A stretch of DNA of 64,000 nucleotides from Baekduia sp. GTDB lineage: Bacteria > Actinomycetota > Thermoleophilia > Solirubrobacterales > Solirubrobacteraceae. The DNA is taken from the NCBI GenBank assembly GCA_036518975.1, contig DATDMD010000159.1, positions 662-64,661 of the forward strand, given 5' to 3'. The position numbers were made by a program, and so were the translations under genes. The notes under the pieces were generated by a model. It worked only from the letters and a program-made list of their open reading frames with translations. It was not told where the DNA came from and made no database searches. Each line of letters begins with the position of its first letter. The first letter of the stretch is position 1. This document shows positions 10,880 through 20,865 of this stretch, one piece after another.

Positions 10880-11596
10880 CTAACGGGCTTCGTCTCGGAA
10901 GCGGTAGCCCACGCCCCGGACCGTGAAGAGGTACTCGGGGTCCTTGGCGTCTGTCTCGAGCTTCTCGCGCAGGTGGCGGATGTGGACGTCGATCGTGCGC
11001 GGGTCGCGGTAGGCGCTGTCGCCCCAGATCCGCGTCAGCAGCATGTCGCGGGTGAAGACCCGACCCGGGTTGCGGGCCAGCGCGTTGAGGATCTCGAACT
11101 CGACGAACGTCAGCTCGACCGACTCGTCGCGCACGCGGACCGCGCGCTTGGCCGGGTCGATCTCCAGCTCGTGGACGGCGAGCGGCTGCTCCTCGGCGTC
11201 GGGGTCGGCGCTCTGCGTCTGCATCCCGGCGCGCCGCAGCGCGGCCCTGACGCGCGAGCGGAACTCCCGCAGCGAGAACGGCTTGGTGATGTAGTCGTCG
11301 GCGCCGAGCTCGAGCCCGAGGACCTTGTCGATCTCCTCGGCCTTGGCCGTCAGCATGATGATGGGGACGGTGTTCCTCGCCCGGATCCGGCGGCACACCT
11401 CGAGCCCGTCCATGCGCGGCATCATCACGTCGAGGACGACGAGGTCGAACTTGCCCTCGTTGAAGCGGGCGAGCGCCTCACGGCCGTCGGCGGCGGTCGT
11501 CACCTCGTAGCCGTCCTTGCGCAGCGGGAAGCTGAGCAGCGTCTGAATCGACTGCTCGTCGTCAGCCAGCAGGATCCTTGGGGCGCGTTCGGCCAT
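10880..11596 (-). CDS. OmpR/PhoB-family response regulator
   Basis: LLADDE, LDVMMP, MLTAK, DDYITKPF, winged helix RTIDVHIRHLREK..TVRGVGYRF; ATG 11596. Confidence 0.96.
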   Translation of the reverse strand: MAERAPRILLADDEQSIQTLLSFPLRKDGYEVTTAADGREALARFNEGKFDLVVLDVMMPRMDGLEVCRRIRARNTVPIIMLTAKAEEIDKVLGLELGADDYITKPFSLREFRSRVRAALRRAGMQTQSADPDAEEQPLAVHELEIDPAKRAVRVRDESVELTFVEFEILNALARNPGRVFTRDMLLTRIWGDSAYRDPRTIDVHIRHLREKLETDAKDPEYLFTVRGVGYRFRDEAR

Positions 11597-11619
11597 CCGG
11601 TGAGACACACTGTAGGTGG

Positions 11620-13416
11620 ATGCTCGAACCGCGCCTCTATCGCGTCGCGTTCGTGCCCGTGCTCCTCGCGCTGCTCGTGGCGGCGTTCTCCCTCCAGGAT
11701 CGCCCCCGCGCGATCGGGACGACGCAAAGCCCGGAGGGCTTCGACGGAATCCGGGCACAGCAGACGCTCACCGATCTCGCCCGGGTGTACTACACCCGGC
11801 GGCCCGGGAGCGATGCCGACGACCGCCTCGCCCAGTACGTGGCCGCGCAGCTGCGCCTCAACGTGCCGGGGACGGTCGCCGAGCACCACTTCGAGGGCGA
11901 GACGATCGACGGCAAGCGCGAGCTGACCGACGTCGTCGCCACGCGCCCGGGCCAGCCGGGGCCGCCGCTGGTGGTCGTCGCCCACCGCGACGCCGCGGGC
12001 GGCGACCGCGCGCATCCGGCGACCGCCGAGCTCTCGGCGACCGCCGCGCTGCTGGAGCTCGCGCGCGTCGCGGCCGACGGGCGCCTGCGCCGGACCATCA
12101 CGTTCATCTCGACCTCGGGCGGCAGCGGCGGCTTCGCGGGCGCGCAGGAGGAGGCCGACCGGCTCGGCGGCCGCGCCGACGCGATCATCGTGCTCGGCGA
12201 CATGGCGGGGACGCGGCCGGGTCACCCGCTGGTCGTCGGCGCCTCCAACGGCCGCGGCCAGGCGCCCTTGCAGCTCCAGCGGACCGTGCAGCGCGCGCTC
12301 AAAGCCGAGGTCGGGACCGAGGGCGGCTCGCCGACCGTGTGGTCGCAGTGGAGCCGGTTGGCGGTGCCCGCGACGATCTCCGAGCAGGGCCCGTTCCTGC
12401 GCGCGGGCCAGCCCGCCGTGCTGCTGTCGCAGTCGGGCGAGAAGCCGCCGGCGGCCGACGCGCCGGTCAGCGAGGCGCGCCTCGACCACTTCGGGCGCGC
12501 GACGCTGCGCGTCCTCTACGCACTCGACAACTTCCGCGACCTCGCCACGCCGCCGCGCGACGACCTCGTCATCCGCGGCAAGGTGCTGCCGGGCTGGGCG
12601 GTGCGCCTGCTCGTCGGGACGCTGCTGCTCCCGCCGCTGCTGCTGGGGATCGACGGCCTCGCGCGCCTGCGCCGCCGTCACGAGCCGATGGGGTTGTGGG
12701 CGGTCTGGGCGCTGGCGACGGCGATCCCGTTCCTGCTGGCGTGCGCGTTCGCGGTCCTGCTCGCGAAGATCGGGCTGATCTCGGTCGCGCCGGACGCGCC
12801 GATCCCGGGCTCGGCGCTGAAGCTGGGCGGCGGGCCGCTCGTCGCGTTCTTCTCCATCCTGCTCGTCTTCGCGCTCGGCTGGATCGTCGCGCGCCCGGCG
12901 CTGCTGCACGCCGCCGGCGCGGCGCGGCTGCGGCGGCGCGAGCCCGACGCGCCGGGCGCCGTGCTCGCGCTCGGGCTGGTCACCGTGGCGGTGACCGCGG
13001 GGCTGTGGGTCGGCAACCCGTACACCGCGGCGCTGGCGATCCCCGCCGCGAACGTCTGGTTCTGGGCGCTGACGCCGGACTTCCGGCTGCCGCGTTCGGC
13101 GTCGGCGGCGCTCGTGATCCTGGCGACGCTGCCGCTGCTGATCGTGTTCGCGATGGACGCCGGCGCGTTCGGACTCGACCTCCCGCACGGGATCTGGTTC
13201 TGGACGATCCTCGTCGCCGGCGGCCACGTCCCGATCGGGTCGTGGGTGCTGTGGAGCTTCTTCTGGGGCTGCGCGGTCGCCGGCGTGCTCGTCGCCGTCC
13301 GGCGCACGCGGCCGCGCGACGAGGACCCCGACCAGATCCGCACGCGCGGGCCGGTCACCTACGCCGGACCGGGCTCGCTGGGCGCCGACGACCTCGGCTC
13401 GGCGGTGCGGCGGTAG
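11620..13416 (+). CDS. Polytopic membrane protein with degenerate M28 peptidase-like extracellular domain
   Basis: N-terminal TM; M28 scaffold (RRPGS, DVVATRPG, VVVAHRD, ALLELAR, RTITFI); about 7-8 C-terminal TM segments; DN and EE metal/catalytic positions substituted. Confidence 0.75.
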   Translation: MLEPRLYRVAFVPVLLALLVAAFSLQDRPRAIGTTQSPEGFDGIRAQQTLTDLARVYYTRRPGSDADDRLAQYVAAQLRLNVPGTVAEHHFEGETIDGKRELTDVVATRPGQPGPPLVVVAHRDAAGGDRAHPATAELSATAALLELARVAADGRLRRTITFISTSGGSGGFAGAQEEADRLGGRADAIIVLGDMAGTRPGHPLVVGASNGRGQAPLQLQRTVQRALKAEVGTEGGSPTVWSQWSRLAVPATISEQGPFLRAGQPAVLLSQSGEKPPAADAPVSEARLDHFGRATLRVLYALDNFRDLATPPRDDLVIRGKVLPGWAVRLLVGTLLLPPLLLGIDGLARLRRRHEPMGLWAVWALATAIPFLLACAFAVLLAKIGLISVAPDAPIPGSALKLGGGPLVAFFSILLVFALGWIVARPALLHAAGAARLRRREPDAPGAVLALGLVTVAVTAGLWVGNPYTAALAIPAANVWFWALTPDFRLPRSASAALVILATLPLLIVFAMDAGAFGLDLPHGIWFWTILVAGGHVPIGSWVLWSFFWGCAVAGVLVAVRRTRPRDEDPDQIRTRGPVTYAGPGSLGADDLGSAVRR

Positions 13417-13419
13417 GCG

Positions 13420-14181
13420 ATGGCGACGCTCGCGCCCGTCCGGTCGGAGCGGCGCCGCCGGGCGCTGCACCGGTTGTCCACCATCTTGATCGCGGCCGGC
13501 GTCCTGGTCCTGGTCGACGCCGCGGCCACCGTGCTGTGGATGGAGCCGCTCACCGCGCTGCAGACCTCGCTGCGCCAGCACGGGCTGCGCAAGGACCTGC
13601 GCGCGCTGGACCGCCGCGGCCCGACGCCGCTGGAGTCGCGCGCCCTCGCGGGCGTCACCGACGCCGACCGCCGCGTCCGGATCCTGGCGCGGTCGCTGGA
13701 GGACCACACCGCGCCGGGCGACGCGATCGCGCGCCTGAAGATCCCGCGGCTCGGTGCGGACTTCGTGGTGGTGAAGGGCTCTGATCCGTCAGACCTGCGC
13801 AAGGGGCCGGGCACGTACGACGACACGCCGCTGCCCGGCGTCGGCGGGACGACCGCGATCGCCGGCCACCGCACGACCTACCTCGCGCCGTTCCGCCACC
13901 TCGACGACCTCCATCCCGGCGACCGCATCACGGTGGAGATGCCCTACGCGACGTTCACCTACCGCGTCCAGCGCACGCGCATCGTCTCGCCCGCCGCGAT
14001 CAAGGTCCTGCGCGACGTCGGGTACGACCGGCTGATCCTGTCGGCCTGCCATCCGTTGTTCAGCGCCGCTCAACGCATCGTCGTTGTCTCCCGTCTGACA
14101 TCCATGACCCCGCTGGGCATCGCGATCCCTGGACAAGGGTCGGAGACGGGGCGACGGGGTCTCACTTCGACCTCCGGCTGA
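13420..14181 (+). CDS. Sortase (class E/D-like)
   Basis: N-terminal TM, IARLKIPRLG, LRKGPG, AIAGHRTTY (His), ILSACHP (Cys), QRIVV (Arg). Confidence 0.93.
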   Translation: MATLAPVRSERRRRALHRLSTILIAAGVLVLVDAAATVLWMEPLTALQTSLRQHGLRKDLRALDRRGPTPLESRALAGVTDADRRVRILARSLEDHTAPGDAIARLKIPRLGADFVVVKGSDPSDLRKGPGTYDDTPLPGVGGTTAIAGHRTTYLAPFRHLDDLHPGDRITVEMPYATFTYRVQRTRIVSPAAIKVLRDVGYDRLILSACHPLFSAAQRIVVVSRLTSMTPLGIAIPGQGSETGRRGLTSTSG

Positions 14182-14224
14182 ACCGATGGCGTTCAGACAA
14201 GGGGTCAATGGAAGTGAACGTGAG

Positions 14225-14404
14225 ATGTACTTGAAAGAGATCAAGGAGCGGGTCGCGCACGACGCGTACGTCGTGGATCCGCACCTGGTCGCGGAGGCGC
14301 TGCTGCGCCGCGCGGCCGCCCGGCGCGAGGACGCGCCCAGGATCACCCGACGGGGTGCTCGTGACCCCGCAGCGGCCGCGCCGACCCGGCGCCCGCGAGT
14401 CTGA
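14225..14404 (+). CDS. Small protein resembling the FlgM anti-sigma-28 C-terminal domain
   Basis: [25 protein letters not shown] resembles the FlgM pattern (eIK..i..g.Y.vD...iA..ml); overlaps thiL 3' end convergently. Confidence 0.55.
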   Translation: MYLKEIKERVAHDAYVVDPHLVAEALLRRAAARREDAPRITRRGARDPAAAAPTRRPRV

Positions 14405-15341
14405 GGCCGGGCTCGCCCCCCGCCTCGACGGCCACGACGCGGCCGATCTCGGTCACCGCGCCGCCCAGCCGCCCGACCGCCTCCGGCGGCAGGCACGCGA
14501 GCAGCTCGTAGTCCTCGCCGCCGGTCGCGGCCAGGACGCCGGGGAGCATGCCGAGGCGCGCCGCGACCTCCGCGACGCCGCGCGCCAGCGGCAGCGTGTC
14601 GAGGTCGATCTCCAGGACGACGCCGCTGGCCCGCGCGACGTGCCCGGCGTCGGTGGCGACGCCGTCGGAGAGGTCGATGAGCGCGTGGGCCGGGGGCCCG
14701 GCCTGCGGGCGCGCGAGGCGCCGCCCGAGGTCCAGGCGCGGCTCGGGCCGCAGGTGGCGGCGCAGCAGCGCCTGCGCGACGGCGGCGGCGCCGGTGTCCG
14801 TGTCGTCGAGCTCCGCGTCGCCCAGCAGGAGCGCGAGGCCGGCCGCGGAGGCGCCGAGCGTCCCGGTCACGACGACCGCGTCGCCCGGGACCGCGCCGTC
14901 GCGGCCGATGAGCTGGTCCTCGCGGTCGGCCCAGCCGACGACCGTGATCGCGATCGTCACGGCGGGCGCGCGCGTGATGTCGCCGCCGGCGATCGTCACG
15001 CCGTGGCGCGCCGCCAGCTCCTCCATCCCGCGCCCGAGCTCCAGCGTCGCGTCGGCCGTGAAGCCCGGCGGGAGGCCGAGCGTCACGTAGGCCTCGCCCG
15101 CGTCGGCGCCCATCGCGGCGAGGTCGCTGAGCGCGCCGGCCAGCGCGCGGTGGCCGGCGTCGGCGGGCGTGACCTGCGGGAGGTCGAGCCGGAAGTGGAC
15201 GCCGTCGACCATCGCGTCGACGCTGACGGCCTGGAAGGGCCGCGCCCGGACGACCGCGCAGTCGTCGCCACTCCAGCGCACGACGCGCTCGGAGCGGTTG
15301 GCGAGCAGCCGCTGGAAGGCCGCGATGAGGTCGAGCTCCAC
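14343..15341 (-). CDS. thiL: Thiamine-monophosphate kinase
   Basis: [44 protein letters not shown]. Confidence 0.95.
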   Translation of the reverse strand: MELDLIAAFQRLLANRSERVVRWSGDDCAVVRARPFQAVSVDAMVDGVHFRLDLPQVTPADAGHRALAGALSDLAAMGADAGEAYVTLGLPPGFTADATLELGRGMEELAARHGVTIAGGDITRAPAVTIAITVVGWADREDQLIGRDGAVPGDAVVVTGTLGASAAGLALLLGDAELDDTDTGAAAVAQALLRRHLRPEPRLDLGRRLARPQAGPPAHALIDLSDGVATDAGHVARASGVVLEIDLDTLPLARGVAEVAARLGMLPGVLAATGGEDYELLACLPPEAVGRLGGAVTEIGRVVAVEAGGEPGLRLAGAGSARPLRGHEHPVG

Positions 15342-15370
15342 GCCGCGAAGCTACTCGACGCGGCGGGAGC

Positions 15371-15589
15371 TCAGCGGTGGCGGTACACGATGCGCGCGCG
15401 GTTCAGGTCGTACGGGCTCAGCTCGACGCGCACGCGATCGCCGGGGAGGATGCGGATGCGGAAGCGGCGCATCTTGCCGGCGACGTGGCCGAGGACCTCG
15501 TGGCCGTTGTCGAGCTGCACTCTGAACATGGCGTTCGGGAGCGCCTCCAAGACCTCGCCCTCGAACTCGACCTTGTCCTCCTTGGCCAT
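15371..15589 (-). CDS. infA: Translation initiation factor IF-1
   Basis: [30 protein letters not shown]...[18 protein letters not shown]; 72 aa. Confidence 0.98.
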   Translation of the reverse strand: MAKEDKVEFEGEVLEALPNAMFRVQLDNGHEVLGHVAGKMRRFRIRILPGDRVRVELSPYDLNRARIVYRHR

Positions 15590-15658
15590 CCCGGCGGACC
15601 GTACCAGGGCCGTGGGTGGCGCAGACAAGGCTTTTCGGTGAACGCGCGGACCAGGGTC

Positions 15659-17950
15659 CTACGGCGGCGGCGCGCCGGTGCCGCCGCCCGTGCCGGTGGC
15701 GTCGCCGGTGCCCGCGGGGTTGCCGGTCCCGGTCGCCCCGTCGCCGGTGCCCGCCGTGCCGTTGCCGGTGCCGTTCCCGGTCCCGGTTCCCGTCCCGCCG
15801 CCGGTGCCGGTCGACGGTGAGGGCGTCTGCGCATCGGGCGTGCTCTGCGGCGGCGCCGCGTACTGGTCGCTCGGGTACTGCGACGAGCCGTTGCCGGTGT
15901 CGGTGCCGTCCGCGCCGCCGTCCTTGCCGATGCCGGGCTTCTTGCCCGGGTCCGTCGTGTACGAGCCAGGGTCGACCTTGTTGTCCTTGACGCCCGTCTT
16001 CTGGTACTTGCCGAAGAACGGCGTGGAGACGAACGGCTGCTTGGGCTTGGGGAAGTCCCCGCAGTACTTGCCGTGCGCCGTCTTCATGTACGCGCCCCAG
16101 ATCGGCGCCGCGACGGCGCCGCCCTGGGCGTTGGCGCCGAGCGTGCGGCGCTCGGACGCGTGGCCCACCCAGACCGACGTCGCCAGCCGCGGCGTGTAGC
16201 CGACGAACCAGGCGTCGGTGAAGTCGTCGACCGTGCCGGTCTTGCCCGCGGCGGGGCAGCCGAACTGCGCCCGGACGCCGGTGCCGGACTGGACGTTCTC
16301 CTTGAGGATCTTCGTCGCCTCGGCCGTCACGCCGTCCTCGAAGGCCTTGTGGCGGTGGGCCTTCTCGGTGTGGCAGTCGAACCCGCCGAGCTTCTTCGGG
16401 AAGCACACCTTGCGGACCGCGGTGACCTTGTTGCGCCAGCCGTTGGAGGCGATCGTCGCGTACGCGTTGGCCATCTCCAGCGGTGAGACGCCGTGCTTGA
16501 TGCCGCCCAGGCCCTCGGCCGGGACGCTCTGCAGCGGCGACTTGATCCCCATGTCGCGGGCGGTCTGCGTGACGTTCGGCGGCCCGACGTCGAGGTCGAG
16601 CTGCTGGTAGACGGTGTTGTCGGAGGTCAGCGTCGCCTTGACGAGGTTCTCACGCCCGGCGTAGGTGCCCTCGAAGGTGTGGACGTCGATCGGCCCGTAC
16701 TTGGGGTCGTCGAACTTCAGCGGCATCGAGGTGTAGGTCGTGGTGTCCGGGTTGACGCCCCTGCGCAGGGCGGTCATCAAGACCATCACCTTGAACGTCG
16801 AGCCCGCGGCGTAGCCGCCCTGCGACGCGAGGTTGAACTTCGACTGCGTGTAGTCGGCGTTCGACGCCATCGCCTTGATGTCGCCGTTGGCCGGGTCGAT
16901 CGAGACGATCGCGCCGGAGCGGTCGGTCCCGGTCAGCGCGTCGTCGAGCGACTTGCGCGCGGCGCGCTGCATCTTGAGGTCCAGCGTCGTGTAGATGTGC
17001 ATGCCGCCGGCCTGCACGCGCTTGGCGCCGTACTCGTCGACGAGCTGCTGCTTGACGTAGTCGTAGAAGTAGCTCTCGCGCTTCTTGGAGTAGTAGCCGT
17101 TGGGCTTGACGCCGAGCGGCGTCGCGATGGCCTTGGCGGCCTGCGCCTGCGTGATGTAGCCCTGGTCGGCCATGCGGCGCAGGACGTCGTTGCGCCGCGC
17201 CTTCGCCTTCGAGGCGCTCAGGAACGGGTTGTAGGCCGACGGCGCCTGGGGGAGGCCGGCGAGCAGCGCGGCCTGCGCGAGCGTGAGCTTCGCGGCGGGC
17301 TTGTCGTAGAAGATGCGCGCCGCGGCCTGGATGCCGACCGCGGTCTTGCCGCCGACCGTGCCGTACGGCACGTTGTTGAGGTACGTGTCGAGGATCCAGC
17401 GCTTGCCGCGCAGGCCGGGGTGCTGGTTCTCGAGCTCCTCGGCGAGCTTGGCCTCGCGGATCTTCCGCTTGTAGCCCTCGACGCCGGTCCGGACCGTGTC
17501 CTTCGTGTACAGGTTGCGGATCAGCTGCATCGTCAGCGTCGAGCCGCCCTGGACGTCCTGCTTGGACTCCAGGTTCTTGACGGCGGCGCGGACGACGCCC
17601 TCGAAGTCGACGCCCTTGTGCTCGAAGAAGCGGCGGTCCTCGATCGCAACGGTGGCGTCGCGGACGACCTGCGGGATCTGGCTGCCGGTGACCGGCGTGC
17701 GCAGGACGTCGGAGCTGATGAAGCCGAGGCGGCTGCCGTCCGCGGCGTAGATGACCGAGGCCGCGCCCTGGTCCTGCGGCTTGATCGAGCTGAGCGTCGG
17801 GCCGGAGTTCGCGACCGAGACGACCCAGCCGACCGCGCCGAGCACGGCGAGGGCGCCGAACGTCGTCAGCACGCCGATGGCGAGGAAGAGGGGGCGGGCG
17901 GGGCCGCCCTTGTTGCGACGCCGACGGCGCTGTCGTTCGCGGCGGGACAT
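15659..17950 (-). CDS. Class A bifunctional penicillin-binding protein (PBP1A-like)
   Basis: Transglycosylase EDRRFFEHKGVD and GGSTLTMQL; transpeptidase STFK, SDN, KTGT; Gly/Thr-rich C-terminal tail. Confidence 0.95.
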   Translation of the reverse strand: MSRRERQRRRRRNKGGPARPLFLAIGVLTTFGALAVLGAVGWVVSVANSGPTLSSIKPQDQGAASVIYAADGSRLGFISSDVLRTPVTGSQIPQVVRDATVAIEDRRFFEHKGVDFEGVVRAAVKNLESKQDVQGGSTLTMQLIRNLYTKDTVRTGVEGYKRKIREAKLAEELENQHPGLRGKRWILDTYLNNVPYGTVGGKTAVGIQAAARIFYDKPAAKLTLAQAALLAGLPQAPSAYNPFLSASKAKARRNDVLRRMADQGYITQAQAAKAIATPLGVKPNGYYSKKRESYFYDYVKQQLVDEYGAKRVQAGGMHIYTTLDLKMQRAARKSLDDALTGTDRSGAIVSIDPANGDIKAMASNADYTQSKFNLASQGGYAAGSTFKVMVLMTALRRGVNPDTTTYTSMPLKFDDPKYGPIDVHTFEGTYAGRENLVKATLTSDNTVYQQLDLDVGPPNVTQTARDMGIKSPLQSVPAEGLGGIKHGVSPLEMANAYATIASNGWRNKVTAVRKVCFPKKLGGFDCHTEKAHRHKAFEDGVTAEATKILKENVQSGTGVRAQFGCPAAGKTGTVDDFTDAWFVGYTPRLATSVWVGHASERRTLGANAQGGAVAAPIWGAYMKTAHGKYCGDFPKPKQPFVSTPFFGKYQKTGVKDNKVDPGSYTTDPGKKPGIGKDGGADGTDTGNGSSQYPSDQYAAPPQSTPDAQTPSPSTGTGGGTGTGTGNGTGNGTAGTGDGATGTGNPAGTGDATGTGGGTGAPPP

Positions 17951-18053
17951 GGTCGGGGAGGCGGGCGCCGGTCAGCGGAGAAGACCCACCCGCCCCGCGC
18001 TCGCGAAGAGGGGATTCTAGCCCGTTTCCGCGGTTCCTCCGCCGATGAGTTGC

Positions 18054-18833
18054 TTAACGGGTCCCGGCGGCGCGCAGCGCGCCCAGCGCGGTGGCGCGCA
18101 GGTCGGCCTCGCGGGCCAGGCGCTCGGAGGGCGGTCCGGGGTCGCCCATGACCAGGATCCGCAGGCCCTCGGCGGTCGAGTCGGCGATGCGCGCGCGGAT
18201 GCCGTCGAGCGCCCGGAGCGCCTCGAGCGCGCGGCCCTCGTCGGCGTCGGGCGCGAGCCAGACCGAGACCTCGATCGACACCGTGGGCGAGCGGATCGAG
18301 TCGTTGCGGATGATGCCGCCGGCCAGGCGCTCGTTGGGGACCAGCAGGCGCGCGTCGGCGCCGGTGCGCAGCCACGTGTAGGTCAGGCCGACGTCCTCGA
18401 CGGTGCCGGTCTCGCCCTCGATCGTGACGAGGTCGCCGATCCGGATCGGCTGCGCGGTCGCGAGCAGGATGCCGGCGATCGCGTTGGCCAGCGACTGGCG
18501 GGCGGCGAAGCCGACGACGGCGGCGGTGATCGCCGACGAGGCGAGCAGCGTCCGCCCGACGCGGTTCAGCGAGGAGAACTCCGACAGCGCGATCGCGATG
18601 ACGACGATCGCGACGATCGCCTCGATGGCGCGGCGCAGGTAGCGCAGCCGCGTCGCCGCGTCGCGCGAGAGGCCCTGCTCGCCGGTGAGCGCCCCGGCCA
18701 GCCGCGTCGCGCGCCGGACCAGGAAGCGGTCGAAGAAGAAGATGATCAGCGCGCCGGCGATCAGCACCCCGATCGCGGTGAACAGGTTGCCGTGCCTGTG
18801 GAGCCAGGTGTCTGCTGCGAGGATGAGGGCCAA
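18054..18833 (-). CDS. MscS-family mechanosensitive channel
   Basis: VGFAARQSLANAIAG, PIRIGDLV, GTVEDVGL, VPNERL; start TTG 18833 tentative. Confidence 0.9.
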   Translation of the reverse strand: MALILAADTWLHRHGNLFTAIGVLIAGALIIFFFDRFLVRRATRLAGALTGEQGLSRDAATRLRYLRRAIEAIVAIVVIAIALSEFSSLNRVGRTLLASSAITAAVVGFAARQSLANAIAGILLATAQPIRIGDLVTIEGETGTVEDVGLTYTWLRTGADARLLVPNERLAGGIIRNDSIRSPTVSIEVSVWLAPDADEGRALEALRALDGIRARIADSTAEGLRILVMGDPGPPSERLAREADLRATALGALRAAGTR

Positions 18834-18840
18834 CGTGGGC

Positions 18841-20112
18841 GTGACCGTACAAAAGCGCCGGGACGACGCCCGCTGGCGGGCCGTGTGGGCGTCGTGGCGT
18901 CCGGATCTGGCCGTCGCGTGGCGCGCGCTGTGGACGTCACGGCTGCTCGTGTGGGCCGCCGGGCTCGGCGCCGTCGCGATCTGGGGGCTCCACGCGACGC
19001 ACGAGCACGCCTTCGACCCGGGCGGCGTCACGCGGCCGTTCGGCGCGGTGGGCGACCTGCTCGTCGGGCCCGCGGCGCGCTGGGACACCGTCTGGTACCT
19101 CGACATCGCCCACGACGGCTATGGCGGCGCGGCGAGCGGCGACCGCGCCGCGTTCTTCCCGTTGTACCCCATGTTGGTCCGGGTCGGCGGCTGGGTCGTC
19201 GGCGAGCCGCTGGTCGCCGCGCTGCTGGTGTCGTTCGCGTGCTTCCTGCTGGGGTTGGCCGCGCTGCACCGGCTCGCCGTGATCGAGGTCGGGCCGGAGG
19301 CCGCGCGCTGGACCGTCGTGTCGCTCGCGCTGTTCCCCGGGTCGCTGTGGTTCTCGGCGGCCTACAGCGAGTCGCTGTTCCTGGCCGCGTCGGTCGGCGC
19401 GGTGCTCTGCGCGCGGCGCGAGCGCTGGGCGTGGGCCGGCGTGCTCGGCGCGCTGGGCGCCGCGACGCGCAGCGCCGGCCTGCTGCTGGTGATCCCGCTG
19501 GCGCTGCTGTGGTGGGACGCGTGGCGGCGCCGCTCGCCCCGGGCGCCGTGGTGGAGCGCCGGGTTCGTTGCGATCGTCCCGCTCGGCCTGGCCGCGTTCT
19601 GCGGCTACCTGGCGGCCGAGGGCCAGAAGGCGACCGCGCCGTTCAGGGCCCAGGACACGTGGCACCGCGCGCTGGCGGGGCCGTGGCAGGGCGTCGCGGA
19701 CGGCGCGACGGCGGCGTGGGACGGCCTGCGCCAGATCGTGCACGGCCCGCCGCCGCCGCTGTACTTCGACCAGGCCGGCGGCGACGCGATGGCGGTCGCC
19801 CGCCACAACCTCGCGCTGTTCCTGTGCCTGCTGATCGCCGTGCCGGCCGTGATCGGGGCCTTCCGGCGGCTTCCGCTCGCGCACGCGGCCTACGCGCTGT
19901 GCGCGCTGCTGCTGCCGCTGTCCTATCCGGTCGTGGCGCAGCCGCTGATGTCGCTGCCGCGCTTCGAGGCCGTCCTCTACCCGCTGTTCCTGTGGCTGGG
20001 GTGGTGGCTCGCGCACGGGCCGGCGTGGCGCCGGGCGGCGGTGCTCGGCGTCTTCGCGGTCGGGCTCGCGGCGTGCAGCGCGCTGTTCACGACGTGGCAC
20101 TGGGTGGCTTGA
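18841..20112 (+). CDS. GT-C membrane mannosyltransferase (PIG-V/Gpi18-like, Mannosyl_trans2)
   Basis: RWDTVWYLDIAHDGY, AFFPLYP, FPGSLWFSAAYSESLF, ATRSAG, SLPRF; many TMs; start uncertain (18823-18841). Confidence 0.85.
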   Translation: MTVQKRRDDARWRAVWASWRPDLAVAWRALWTSRLLVWAAGLGAVAIWGLHATHEHAFDPGGVTRPFGAVGDLLVGPAARWDTVWYLDIAHDGYGGAASGDRAAFFPLYPMLVRVGGWVVGEPLVAALLVSFACFLLGLAALHRLAVIEVGPEAARWTVVSLALFPGSLWFSAAYSESLFLAASVGAVLCARRERWAWAGVLGALGAATRSAGLLLVIPLALLWWDAWRRRSPRAPWWSAGFVAIVPLGLAAFCGYLAAEGQKATAPFRAQDTWHRALAGPWQGVADGATAAWDGLRQIVHGPPPPLYFDQAGGDAMAVARHNLALFLCLLIAVPAVIGAFRRLPLAHAAYALCALLLPLSYPVVAQPLMSLPRFEAVLYPLFLWLGWWLAHGPAWRRAAVLGVFAVGLAACSALFTTWHWVA

Positions 20113-20828
20113 CGGCCTGTGCGCAGCCGCCGCGCGCGGTCCTGCTCGACGCGCTTGGGACGCTGGTCGCGCTGGAGCCGCCCGCGCCGCGGCTCGTCAC
20201 GCAGCTGGGCGCGCGCGGCGTCGCGGTCTCCGAGGACGAGGCCGCCGTCGCGCTGCGGGCCGAGATCGCCTACTACCGCGCGCACCACGACGAGGCCGTC
20301 GACGCCGCCGCGCTGGCCGACCTGCGCGACCGCTGCACGGAGGTGCTGCGCGGCGCGCTCCCGGCGCGGGCGCGCGACGCCCCGGATCTCCGCGCTGCGC
20401 TGCTGGCCGCGCTGCGCTTCACCGCCTACCCCGACGCGCCGCCCGCGCTCGCCGCGCTGCGCGCCGCCGGCGTCCGGCTCGTCGTCGTGTCCAACTGGGA
20501 CGTGTCACTGCACGAGGCGTTGGCGTCGACCGGTCTGGATCGACAGGTCGACGCCGCGCTCTCGTCCGCCGAGGCGCGGTCCAGCAAGCCCGACGGTGCG
20601 ATCTTCCGCCGCGCGCTCGCGCTGGCCGGCGACCCGCCGCCGGACCGCGTGGCGCACGTGGGCGACAGCCCCGCCTACGACGTGGCGGGCGCGCGGGGCG
20701 CCGGGATCCGGCCGATCTACCTGCGGCGCGACGGCGCCGGCCACGACGGCGCGCCGCCCGCCGGGGTCACGACGATCCGCGACCTCGCCGCGCTGCCGGC
20801 ACTCTTCGGCCTGCCCGGCGGTCGTTGA
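20109..20828 (+). CDS. HAD-superfamily hydrolase
   Basis: LLDALGTL, VVSNWD, KPDGAIF, HVGDS..DVAGA; TTG start overlaps upstream TGA. Confidence 0.9.
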   Translation: MTACAQPPRAVLLDALGTLVALEPPAPRLVTQLGARGVAVSEDEAAVALRAEIAYYRAHHDEAVDAAALADLRDRCTEVLRGALPARARDAPDLRAALLAALRFTAYPDAPPALAALRAAGVRLVVVSNWDVSLHEALASTGLDRQVDAALSSAEARSSKPDGAIFRRALALAGDPPPDRVAHVGDSPAYDVAGARGAGIRPIYLRRDGAGHDGAPPAGVTTIRDLAALPALFGLPGGR

Positions 20829-20865
20829 TGCTCGGAGAAGCTCCGCGCCCTACTCTCATTGCGCG

